Shown here: positions 8,634 to 19,790 of the stretch, in pieces
Numbering within the stretch: position 1 is the stretch's first letter
How the letters are laid out: the number at the start of each line of letters is the position of its first letter
DNA from: an uncultured delta proteobacterium
GTDB taxonomy: Bacteria; Myxococcota_A; Polyangia; Polyangiales; Polyangiaceae
NCBI GenBank assembly: GCA_963716725.1
Contig: CAVQUB010000029.1
Location: 1-42,473, forward strand
DNA length: 42,473 nucleotides
Direction: 5' to 3'
Program-made: the position numbers and the translations under genes
The notes under the pieces: model-generated
Databases searched by the model: none
What the model was told of the DNA's origin: nothing
What the model saw: the letters and a program-made list of their open reading frames with translations, nothing else

Positions 8634-10479
8634 ATGTTTCGAAAGCGCCTTGTCGCCACCTATATCGTGGCCACCGCCGCACTGGGAATCGTCAGCACGA
8701 GTGATGCGGTCGCGCAAGACGTGATCGATCTCGACGCAGAAGCCGCGAAGACGCCGAAGAAGCCAGCGGGCAAGCCCGCGGGCAAGCCTGCTGCAAAGCC
8801 CGCTGCGAAGGGCGACGCGAAGGGCGACGCGAAGGGCGACGCGAAGGGCGACGCGAAGGGCGACGCGAAGAAGGGCGACGCGAAGGGCGGCGTCGACATC
8901 GACCTGGACGAAGGACAAGAGGGCAAAGAGCAGGGCCCCGTCGTCGCGGGACAGATGACGGAAGAGGCGGCGGCGGCGAAGAAGCTCTTCGATCGCGAGC
9001 GCTGGAATGAAGCGGCTCAGGCTCTGTTCCGCGTGGTCAATGGCGAGACCAGTGACGATGCAGGCAACAAGCAGCTGGCGCAGTACTACCTCGCCATCGC
9101 GCTCTACCGGCTCAAGTTCTACCAGGCGAGCTACGCGCTCTTCAGTCAGATCGCCGACAACAAGAACCACCTGAAGTTCAAGGAGACCTTGCTCTGGCTC
9201 GCGAAGCTCGCGACGCAGCTGCCGGAGCCTGCGGACATCATCGAGCGCGTGGGCAAGTACAGCGACGATCAGGTCGCGCGCTTCGACAACGAGCAGCAGC
9301 GCGATCTGTTCTGGCAGCTCAACTACATGCTCGGCCGCTACAAGTACCGAAACCGCCAGTACGAAGAGGCGATTCGGCTCTTCCAGAAGGTCGACCGCAA
9401 GAGCGAGTACTACGTGAAGAGCCAGTTCTTCACGGGCATCAGCTACGTGCAGCTCCGCAAGAGCGTGCCCGCGGTGCAGTCCTTCCAGCGCATCGAGAAG
9501 GTCATCGAAGAGGGCGTCGAGGGCGTCGACGACGAAGATCGCCTGCGCGACCTGGCCTACCTGTCGATGGCCCGCACCTACTACTCGGCGTCGATTCGTC
9601 TCGACCCCGAGAGCAACACGCCTCAGGTCGACGAGAAGAAGCTCAGCGCTGCGGTGAAGTACTGGAACCAGATCGAGCCGGCCAGCGAGTACTGGCTCGA
9701 CGCGCTGTTCGAGCAGTCGTGGGCCTACTTCATGGCTGGCGACTACCCGCACGCGCTCGGCAACATCCACACCATCCAGTCGCCCTACTTCCCCAATTCG
9801 TTCTACCCGGAAGCGGACGTGCTCAAGGCGGTCATCTACTTCGCGAACTGCAACTACGAAGGCGCGACCATCGTGGTGGCGCGGTTCAACAAGAAGTTCG
9901 TGCCCATTCGTGACGAGCTCGAGAAAGTGCTCAAGCGATTCAAGGGCGAGAACCAAGAGGAGCCCTTCTTCAAGTTCCTGAAGGAAGTGCGCGAGGGCAA
10001 GGCCAGCCTCGACTCCGAAGATCAAGCCGATCGTGGAGAACGCCCTGTCGGATCGCCAGCTGCTCCGCAACCTCGAGTACGTGCGCATCCTGGACGACGA
10101 GATGGACCGATTCCGCAAGTCGCCGCCGGCGTTCCGCGGTTCAGCCGTGGGCAAGCAGGTCGAGGACTCACTCAAGATCGCTCGCGACTTGGCCATTCGC
10201 CAGGCCGGCGAGCTTGCGATGCTGCGCTACCAGCGCAACGTCGACGAGCTCAACGAGCACTTGCGCAACGGAGAGAAGATCCTGATCGACATCACGGCGG
10301 CTCAGCGCAACCTGCTCGACGAGAAGATCAGCAAGGGCCAGGTCAGCAAGGCCGAATCCAAGATTTATGGCGTCGTCAAACCCGACGAGGAACACGTTTT
10401 GTGGCCCTTCGACGGGGAGTACTGGCGCGACGAACTCGGCTTCTACCGTCAGGTGGTCGAGTCGGCATGTGGGAGGTAA
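8634..10479 (+). CDS. gltC: Gliding motility TPR protein GltC (NfsC-like), with one apparent frameshift near 10015
   Basis: GAGGA RBS, signal peptide and TPR helices. The C-terminus WPFDGEYWRDELGFY...C lies in ORF 10033..10479 and joins the upstream frame if one base is removed near 10015. Confidence 0.82.
8805..8889 (+). repeat. In-frame 12-bp tandem repeat GCGAAGGGCGAC (AKGD), 5 perfect copies plus degenerate ones
   Basis: Read directly; lies in the low-complexity N-terminus of GltC. Confidence 0.92.
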
Positions 10480-10484
10480 CGAAG

Positions 10485-13400
10485 ATGAAGTCCCTCAAAG
10501 CGTTGTCCGTTCTGTCGGCACTGCTGGGTGCGCTGATCGCCGCCCCGGCCACGTCGGCGGCTGCCGGCGATCTGTCCAGCTCCTGCGTGGGCCCCGAAGC
10601 CAAGAAGAACCTGAGCACCTGCCCCGGCGGGCCGAGCAAGTTCACCGTCGGCGGCAAGCGGCCGGCGGCGTTCAAGAGCGCCCCGCCGCCCCGAGAGCGC
10701 AAGGACGCCTCGAACACCAAGCCCACCAACCCCACCGAGGCGATGGCCGCGGGTTCGCGCGACTCGCGCAAGAACCGGCTGCAAGCTCGCTCTCGCGCCT
10801 TGCTCATCACCGAGATCCAGGGGCTGGAGCGGCTCTACCGCAGCACTCCGAAGAAGTCCCCGGATCGCCCGCAGCTGATCCGGCGCCTGGCGGAAGGCTA
10901 CGTCGAGCTCGAGAGCGCGGCGCTGCGTGACAAGACCGCTGCCGACGTCAAGGCGCAGGATCAGAAGAAGAAGAACCCGGGCGCCGCCAGCAAGGCCCGA
11001 AGCGACGCGTCCGCTGCCAAGAAGATCGTCGCGGCCGCGCGCAAGAGCGCCATCAAGTACTACACCTTGATGAAGACGGCCTACCCGAACTACTCGAAGA
11101 TCGACGAGGTGCTCTACTACCTCGCGTACGAACACGAGCAGGCCGGCGACCTGACCAACGCGCGCAAGGTCTACTTCGAACTGATCGAGAAGGCGCCCAA
11201 GTCACCGTACATCCCCAATGCTTACCTCGCGTTTGGCGAGCTCTTCTTCCAAGAAGCTCAGGGCGATCCAGCGAAGTGGGACTTGGCGGCTGCCGCCTAC
11301 AAAGAGGTGATCAAGTACCCGGCGCCCGACAACAAGGTGTACGGCTTCGCTCGCTACAAGCTCGGCTACGTGCACTGGAACAAGAGTGAGTACACGGACT
11401 CGATGAACGAGTTCAAGAAGGTCATCGAGTACGGCGACCAGTATTCGGCCCTTCCGAACGCGACGCAGCTGGCCAAGAGCGCGCGCCGGGACTTGATCCC
11501 GGTCTACGCCGCCAGCGGTCAGCCCGATCGCGCCTTCAACTTCTTCAAGCCCTTGTCTGGCGACAAGGGTGGAGAGCAGGCCAAGACCCTGGACATGCTC
11601 AACGAGCTGGGGTTGGCCTACATCGACACCGGCAAGTACAAGGAGGGCATCGGGCTCTATCGTGACCTCCTGAGCCGCGACAAGGGTCCCAGGAACTGCC
11701 ACTACCAGACCCAGATCACGATGGCGACGCAGGCCATGAAGTCGTCGGACAAGGACGGCATCAAGAAGGAGCTCGATACCCAGCTCGCCATGCGCAACTC
11801 CTTCGTGAAGGAGAGCCATCCGGCCGACAAGAAGCTCGAGTGCGCGAACCGCACGGCCGAGCTGCTGTCCGAGAGCGCAATGGCGTGGCACCTCGAGGCC
11901 GTCGGCTCCGGCGGCGTGCGTGGCACCGGCGACAAGAAGACGATGGATCTCGCCGCGTACCTCTACAAGAAGGTCGCCGAGAACTTCAATCGCGACGAGT
12001 TCAACAAGTTCGAGTTCCCGCGCATCGTGAAGAGCGACTGGCCGACGCTGTACAAGATCAAGTACGCGATGGCCGATCTCCTCTACTTCCAGCAGCGCTG
12101 GGAGGAGTGCGGTCCGGCCTTCGACTCCGTGGTCGCCGAGGATCCGAAGGGCGAGAGCGCGGCTGAGGCCGCCTACGCCTCGGTGCTCTGCTACCAGAAG
12201 ATGTACGACGCCATGTACAAGGGTCAGTCGGACCGCAAGGGCAAGGGCCTGGGTCCGACGGGGGCCGACTCGAAGGACCGTGAAGCCAAGAAGGGCGAGT
12301 GGGAGAAGTTCAAGCCCAAGACCTTCACTGATCTGCAGAAGGGCATGATCATGGCGTTCAACCGCTACGTTTGCTACATCACGCCGGCGAAGGGCGACAA
12401 GACCGCGGAAGATCAGTACGTCGAGGTCAAGTTCGCTCGCGCCCGCACCTACTACGAGGCGCAGCACTGGGAGGAAGCGGCCCTGGGGTTCCGGGACGTC
12501 GCTCTCAACCACTCCGACCACGATTCGGGCATGTACGCCGCGAACCTGTACCTCGAGGCGCTCAACGTGCTCGGTGGTCGCGCCGATCCGCCCCGCCCGA
12601 CTTGCTTCGACGACATGGGCAAGGACGTCCCGCAGTTCCTGAAGCTCTACTGCGAGGGCAAGAAGTACGACGACAACAAGGAGAACTGCGAGCTTCTGAC
12701 CCGCATCCAGTTCGACATCCAGCGCCTCGGCGCCCAGAAGACCGTCGAGCTCGCCGACTCGCAGCTCGAGAAGGGCAACTCCAAGGAAGCCGTCGACAAC
12801 TACAAGAAGGGCGCCGACGCCTACCTCGAGATGTGGCGTGGCTACTGCGAAGGCCCGATGAGCAAGGGCGAGAAGCCGAAGCAGTGCGAGAAGGCGAGCG
12901 AAATCGTCTACAACATGGCCCGCGCCTACCAGGCCGGTCGCCTGCTCGCCAAGTCGATCCAGTCGCGCCTGATTCTCGCTCGACCCCAAGTACGGGATGG
13001 AGAAGTCGGACCTCGCCCAGAAGGCGACCTACGAGATCGGTGGCAACTACCAAGCCATCGCCGTCTACGATCGCGCCGCGGACTTCTTCGAGCGCTACGT
13101 CGAGCAGACCTGCGGCAAGCTGAAGAAGTGCGGCGAAGAGGCTGACAAGGCCCTGTCTGACGCCGTGGTGCTCCGCCTCGGCCTGGGTCAGGACGACAAG
13201 GCCATCGAGGACGCCGACAAGTTCAATAGGTACTTCGGTGCGCGCAAGCCCGACCAGGTGGCCCAGATCGCCTTCGCGATCGCGGCGCATTATGGCGAAA
13301 AGAAGGACTGGGGCAACGTCGGCCAAGCGTCTCGGCGGCGCCATGCGCCAGATCGATTCCAAGGCTACGCTCGACGTGCGCGTCCAGGCCCACGCTCTCT

Positions 13401-14214
13401 GGGGCGTGCGCTGCGGGAGTCGAAGAAGAACGCCGCGAACGAGTACGGCGCGGTGGTCAAGCTCTGGGCCGATCCGTCCAAGGCGGTCGCCGAGATCGAG
13501 AAGGGCGAAGGCGACAAGCAGCGCCGCGTCGGTCGTGCGCTCGAGGCCGTCGGCGAGTCGCTCTTCTACTTCGCGGAGCAAAAGAAGGCGAAGGTCGATG
13601 CGGTGAAGTTCCCGGCCTTCCAGGGTCCAGCGACCAAGGACGAGGTGCTCAAGCACATCAACGTCAAGGTCAAGGACTGGATCGGCAAGAAGAAGCCGCT
13701 GATCGACGAGGCGACCAAGGAGTACAAGAAGATCGTCGACCTGCAGCCCGTGCCGCCGCCGCGCTGGGTCATCGCAGCCGGCTCGCAGGTCGGCAACATG
13801 TGGGGCAACTTCGTCGACGAGTTCCGCGCGGCGCCCATCCCAGACACGATCAAGAAGGACTACGAGCTTCGCACGGCTTACTACGGCGCCCTCGACGACG
13901 CGTCCGAGCCGCAGAAGAAGGTGGCGCACGGGGCCTTCGAGACCTGTCTCGGCTACTCGGTGAAGCACCAGTACTTCGACGAGTTCAGCCGCGAGTGCGA
14001 GAAGTGGCTCGCGAAGAACTACAAGACCGAATACCACCTGATCGACGAGTTCCGCGGCTCACCGACCCGCGTGAACAGCGTGCTGAACGAGCAGGCGTTC
14101 CCGCTCCGCATCGGCGGCGAGCCGATGGTCACGGTGGCACCGCCACCCGAGCCGCCGGCGCCCAAGAAGGCTCCCGACGAGAAGACGGACGACAAGAAGG
14201 GCGGGAAGAAGTGA
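10485..14214 (+). CDS. gltD: Gliding motility TPR protein GltD (AgmU/NfsD-like), ~1,240 aa, with frameshifts near 12978 and a compensating pair near 13320/13400
   Basis: GGAGG RBS then ATG at 10485, signal peptide, TPR clusters (DEVLYYLAY, AYLAFGELFF, YKLGYVHWN). Size and position between gltC and gltE fit. Confidence 0.8.
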
Positions 14215-15679
14215 TGAGCGCCAAGGAGAACATGACAATGCGCATCACCATGGCAGCCGCCGGGGTCTTCATCGCCACTGCCATCGGCTGCGGTGGCGGC
14301 GGCAGCGGCAAGGGTCCGCTCACTCCGGCCGACGACAGCGGCAAGAAGTCCCGGGGCGGGCAGGCCGTCTCCAAGGAAGCGGCGGCCGGCTTCGACCGGG
14401 CGCTCGATGCCTTCGCGGAGCGCGACAAGAAGGGCGACTGGTCGGAGTCGAGCTGTTCGGGGCGTAGCCGATCAGTTCCTCGCCGCCAGCAAGGCGCAGC
14501 AGGCGGCCTCGGGCAAGCCGCTGCCCGAGGCCCTGTACAACGCCGGCCTGGCCTATCAGCGCTGCGACAAGGACGTCGGAAGCGCGCGCGCAGTTCCAGG
14601 CTGCGGCGGGCACGGACTCGAGCTTCCACCGCGCCAAGGCCCAGCTCGCGCTGTACGACTTCGAGAAGAGCAAGAATCTGGAAGGCACCATCTCGACCTT
14701 GGACCAGATCATCCGCGACGCGAAGTTCCAGAACGTCGAGGCGCTGGTCAGCCTCGCGGCGCTTCAGCTCGAGCGCAACGGCGAGTCGCCGGATCAAGAC
14801 GGCAAGAACGACATGGAGCGCGCGAAGAAGAACCTGCAGCGCGCGCTGGCCATCGACGACTCGCTACATGGCCGCGTTCAACCAGCTCGCGATCTTCTAC
14901 CTCGAGCAGGCCAAGGCCAAGGCCGACGGCGAGGGCTCCAAGGGCGGGAGAAAGCGCCGCGGCCTGGTGGCCGCGAGCACCAAGGCGAGAGACGTGAACT
15001 CGCAGCAGCTCGATCTCGCTGCGCTCGTCGCGTCGCAGGGCGTGCGCAAGAACCCGAACTACGCGCCGCTCCACAACACGGCCGGCCTGATCCAGGTCGA
15101 GCTCAAGAACTTCAACGGCGCTGTGAAGAGCTTCGCGGCGGCCCGCCGCTTGGACTCGAAGTTCTTCGAGGCGCACATGAACTACGCCGCGGTGAACCTG
15201 GGCTTCCGGGGCTTCGAGGAGGCCGAGAAGGCCTACCGCGACGCGATCAAGCTCAAGCCCAAGGAGTACGAGGCGCACCTCGGACTCGCGCTGGCCATCC
15301 GCGGCCAGATCAAGGTCGGCGACACTGCGGCGGGTCGCCAAGGCCCAGGCCGCGCTCGACGAGGCCAAGAAGATCGACGGCAGTCGCGCGGAGACCTACT
15401 ACAACGAGGCCATCCTCACTCAGGAGTTCAGGCACCAAGGGCTCGGAGAAGGAAGCCGTCCCGATGTTCGAGAAGGCTGCTGCGATCTACAAGCAGTTCA
15501 TCTCGAAGGCCGGCAGCGCGCCGGAGTTCGCGGATGCCGTCAAGCGCGCCAAGGAGCGCGCTCAGGACACCGAGGACACCGTCAAGTTCATCAAGGAGGG
15601 CGAGGCTGCGAAGAACGCGCCGCCTCCGCCTTCGCCGCCACCTGACGCGGCTGCTCCGCCCGCTGGTGACAAGAAGTGA
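14214..15679 (+). CDS. gltE: Gliding motility TPR lipoprotein GltE (AglT-like), several apparent frameshifts
   Basis: TGATG overlap with the gltD stop, lipobox TAIG-C, TPR motifs (ALYNAGLAY, YAPLHNTAGLI, FEAHMNYAAV, ETYYNEAIL) spread over successive frames; ~487 aa. Confidence 0.78.
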
Positions 15680-15853
15680 GTTGCCCTGCGCGGGAACCGG
15701 AGCCTCGCTGAGTCGGGAAAGCTGCCGGGCTACCCTCCGCGCGGCGCATTTCGGCGACCATGGAACTTCGTTGGGGGAGGGCTGTCTCTACCCTCCGTGG
15801 TGTTCAGTTGCGCCCAACCCCGAGCCGGCAAGCGGACGGCCCCCGCGAAGCCA

Positions 15854-15883
15854 TTGACGTTGACTCACGGGCCGAAGTACAAT
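15854..15883 (+). promoter_or_regulatory. Putative internal sigma70-type promoter for gltF-gltG
   Basis: TTGACG-N18-TACAAT, then an AGGAGG RBS at 15911. Confidence 0.65.
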
Positions 15884-15924
15884 CACACTGTAATCACGTC
15901 GGAATTTTTGAGGAGGCTGGAACA

Positions 15925-16200
15925 ATGGCTCGTTCTATCCGGGTTGGTTTTGCGGCGTTTCTGGCAATCGCAGCGTTCGTGGCCGCTCCTGCAGCGTTTG
16001 CGCAGGGGAAGGCCAAGGCCAAAGAGGCCAAGGGCGACGATGGGTACGGCTATACGTTCGACGACGATCCGCTGAATGCTGGCGGGTTCGGACCGAACGA
16101 TGCAACCATCCGCGTTCGTCCCCGCGCGGCTCGCACCACGCTGATTCGTCCGCGCACGTCGTTCGTGCCGGAAATGCTGAAGTCGGTCGAGAACATTTGA
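15925..16200 (+). CDS. gltF: Small exported gliding protein GltF (CglF-like), 91 aa
   Basis: AGGAGG RBS, signal peptide ending AFA-Q, conserved tail LIRPRTSFVPEMLKSVENI, position between gltE and gltG. Confidence 0.8.
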   Translation: MARSIRVGFAAFLAIAAFVAAPAAFAQGKAKAKEAKGDDGYGYTFDDDPLNAGGFGPNDATIRVRPRAARTTLIRPRTSFVPEMLKSVENI

Positions 16201-16261
16201 ACCTGTCCGGGTGTCGAGCTGCGGAAGCTCGGCCCGGCCGGGCCAACTAGGGAATCAGAAC

Positions 16262-18322
16262 ATGGCAAAGGCTGTTCTCACGTTCGCGCTCTACCAAGGG
16301 CGATGCTCTTCAGCGTCGCGAGACGATCGCGCAGGACATCGTCAAGGTGGGAAAGGACCCGAAGAGTCATCTGCGGGTCGATGACGAGCTCGCCTCGCGC
16401 ATGCACGCCGTGATCGAGGTGGGAAGTCCAGAGGACATCACGCTGATCGATCTGGGCAACGAGCCCGGAACGATGGTGAACGGGGCACGCGTCAACAAGT
16501 GCAAGCTTCACGTTGGCGACCAGATCCAAGTGGGCGGCACCATGATCGTGCTCGAGCGGGCTGACGCAGCGGGCGCGGAGGTCGAAGCGGTCCCAGCGGC
16601 AGCGGTTGCTGCGCCGCCCCCAGGCGCACCGCCGCCCGCAGGCCCCTTCGGAGGCGCCAATCCCTTCGGCGGTTCGAACCCCTTCGCAGCCGCGGCGGCG
16701 TCGAGCCCCTTCGCGGTGGGTTCCGCGAACCCCTTCGAGGTCGGTGCTGCGGCGCTCAACCCGTTTGCGGCGGGCGCACAGCAGCAGGCGCGTGTGGAGG
16801 CGCTCCGGGTGCCCGACGATGCGCCGCCAGGGACCTACACGTACACGCTGATCAAGAGCGGTCCCGACGTTCCGGCGGAGGAGGTCGAGGTGCCGCACCT
16901 CCAGTCGGTCGAAGTGATGGTGATGTGGGGCACCAACGTGCTGCACGTCTCGCATCTGACGCCGCCGCGGACCTTCTACGTGGGTGAGGAGTCGGGCAAG
17001 AATTTCGGCTGTGACTTCTTCATTCCTGCGGAGAAGATCGGCACCACTCGCCTGCCGGTGGTGGTGGGTGACCGGGCGTCGCTCGCCGTCGTGATCCCGC
17101 CGGGCGCGAAGGGGCACATCGAGATCCCGGGCCAGCCGCGCATGACGTTGGACGAGGCGCGGACCAAGGCGCAGCCGAGCGCCGAGGTGAGTGGGGGCCA
17201 TCAGTTCCCGCTGCCCGGTGGCGCGCGGGCTCGCATCGAGCTCGATCAGTTCGTGTTCCAGGTGGCCGCGGTCAACGCCGGCAAGCCCATCAAGCACGGT
17301 GTCGGCGCGGGCGTCGACTGGACGGTGTTCGTCTACTTCGCGCTGTCGTTCCTCGCGCATGCGGGCCTGATTGCCGCGATGGCGTTCTTCGTTCCGCCGC
17401 TGGGGCTGACGGACGACGAAGGCATCGACAAGGATCAGCTCTATCTCATCCAGCAGTACTTGAAGAGCGCTGCCGAGCGCGAGATGGAGGAGAAGGAGAC
17501 CGAGCAGGTCACCGAGGACAACGCCGACAACAAGGAAGGCGGCACCGGGACCCGAGCCAAGGGCGAAGAAGGCTCGATGGGCAACCCGACCACCAAGGCC
17601 ACCAACAAGCGCTACGCCGTGCAGGGCCCGAAGGACAATCCGGATCCGCACATCGCCCGTCAGGCCGCGCTGCGCGAAGCGCAGGAGTTCGGCATGATCG
17701 GCCTGCTCAACACCGGCGCGGCCGGTGATCCGAACGCTCCGACCGCGCCGTGGGGTCGCGACACGTCGCTCGGCCAGACGACATGTCGGCCCGCGGCAAC
17801 ATGTGGGGCGACGAGATCGGCGACGCCTTCGGCGCCGGCGGTCTCGGTCTTTCGGGCATCGGCGAAGGCGGCGGTGGTCGCGGCGAGGGCATCGGCCTCG
17901 GCTCCATCGGAACCCTCGGTCACGGCGCCGGCACCGGAACGGGACAGGGCTTCGGCTCTGGCCACGGTCGCCTCGGCGGCTCACACGCGACTCGCGCGCC
18001 GAAGGTCCGCATGGGTGCCACGACCGTCAGCGGTCGCCTGCCGCCCGAGGTCATCCAGCGCATTGTCCGGCAGAACTACGGTCGGTTCCGCATGTGTTAC
18101 GAGCACGGCCTGTCCCGCAACCCGAACCTCGAAGGACGCGTCTCGGTGCGCTTCGTGATCGGTCGTGACGGCTCGGTGTCGAACGTGGGGAACGGTGGCT
18201 CCGACATTCCGGACAGCGGCGTGGTGGGCTGCGTGATCAGCGCGTACTACGGGCTGAGCTTCCCGCAGCCGGAAGGCGGCATCGTGACGGTCGTCTACCC
18301 GATCATGTTCAGCCCCGGCTGA
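16262..18322 (+). CDS. gltG: Gliding motility protein GltG (PglI-like): FHA, TM and TonB-C-like domain; frameshifts near 16300 and 17775
   Basis: N-terminal FHA-like domain, TM helix with S-x-x-x-H (SFLAHAG), GTRAKGEEGSMG, Gly-rich linker and C-terminal GRLPPEVIQRIVRQN...FPQPEGGIVTVVYP. Confidence 0.88.
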
Positions 18323-18351
18323 GCCGTTCGGAATCCGCGCGATTCGGAAGA

Positions 18352-18386
18352 GCGCGCCATCCTCACGGGTGGCGCGTCTTTCGTTT
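18352..18386 (+). terminator. Intrinsic terminator after gltG
   Basis: 11-bp stem GCGCGCCATCC/GGGTGGCGCGT, 4-nt loop, then CTTTCGTTT. Confidence 0.7.
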
Positions 18387-18701
18387 GTGCCGACTTCGGG
18401 TTCCCCGCGGTCGAAGCTGCCGGCGCGGGCTCCGAGCGCGGGCTGCCCCGGCCGCTCGCCCCCGACGCCGACCTTGGCGCGGCTCGGTTCCAAGCGCGAG
18501 CGACGTGGCGCGTCCGACCGGCTCGGGGCAAAACCTGGAGGAATCTCGCCTAGATCCTGCGACGAACCGCCTTTACTTCGTTCCCCCCGTCTGCCTATGC
18601 TCGCTCACCGCTTTTTCGGCGGATGCCTCAGGCGTCTTGGGGCAGGGGTCGCTCCGATCGAGCGGACCCTGGGCTCGGGCTATCGACAGGGTGAGCTCAC
18701 G

Positions 18702-19624
18702 ATGAATCTGGCAAGTGTCTCCAAGGTTACGTTCCTCGGTGCGGTGATTTTGGCAGCATCTGCCTGCAGCCGCGACCACATCGAGGCGATCAACCTCGCG
18801 AACGAGGGTGATTCGGCGCTCAAGGTCAACACCGAAGGCGCGATCCAGAAATACGAGCAGGCCATCCAGCTCGACCCGGCCAACCACAAGATCATGTGGA
18901 AGCTGTCGAAGGCCTACGAGAAGAAAGAGGACTGGGACAAGATGGCCTCGACGCTGTCCCGCGCGGCCCAGGTCGCGCCCTCTTTTGCCAACTACTACTA
19001 CAAGCGCGGCTACGCGCTGGTGAAGCAGGCCGAGGCCGGCAACCCCGACAAGTACGAAGAGGCGAAAGAGCCTCTCAAGAAATGCATCGAGAAGGATCCG
19101 GCCATGGCCGACTGCTATCACTTCCTCGGTGAGGCCAGCCTGTGGACCAACGACGAGCAAGGCGCTCTCGATAACTACACCAAGGCCATCGAGCACGACG
19201 CGAGCACGCCATACTTCTACCCGCCGCTCGCTGAGCTCTGCATCTCCATGCGCTTCTACAAAGAGGCCGAGGCGGTGTTGAAAGAGGGCACTCGCATCGT
19301 CCCGCCCGGCGAGAAGAACAACAACCACCTCTACGGCATGTACGTGCTGCGTTTCCAGGTCGCCCAGGCGTCCGGCGACAAGGCGGGCATGGTTGCGGCA
19401 ATGGAGAAGGCCGAAGAGGTCGCGGGCGATTCGCATCCCGGAGATCACCTTCAACTTGGGCAGCACCTACGCCGTGATGGATCCGCCGCAGAAAGAGAAG
19501 GCGGTCCGCCTGTTCGAGTTCTTTCGTCAAGCGCGCCTGCCGGAGCGCGCAAGCGACGAAGTACAAAGAGCAGTGCGAGACCAGCAACACGCTCATTCAG
19601 AAGCTGGGCGGAAAGGTCAACTGA
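18702..19624 (+). CDS. TPR lipoprotein of unknown function; frameshifts near 19438 and 19520
   Basis: ATG at 18702, lipobox LAASA-C and canonical TPRs (AIQKYEQAIQLDP, YYYKRGYAL, CYHFLGEA). The reading continues through two frame changes to TGA at 19624. Confidence 0.8.
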
Positions 19625-19790
19625 CCTTGCTCTCTCCACGTCGGGCCGAACGCCGCGAGGCTCGTTCCGTCGGCTTCGCTCCGACCGGAGCGGCAGTGTT
19701 TGATTTAGTTGTCTCGATTGAAGCCATTCGAAACCGCGGCGCTCTGGCCGCGGGCTCGGGTGTGTAAGCGCGTCATTTGTCCGAGGAAGC

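Noticed and set aside
8634..13145. 1,503-aa ORF as a GltC-GltD fusion
   Set aside because: It results from one indel near 10015. The true gltC end (TAA at 10479) and the gltD RBS, ATG and signal peptide are all visible.
18387..18701. ncRNA or riboswitch in long intergenic gaps (also 8185-8633 and 15680-15850)
   Set aside because: Only generic GC-rich hairpins, with no recognisable family motif; an Infernal/Rfam scan would be needed.
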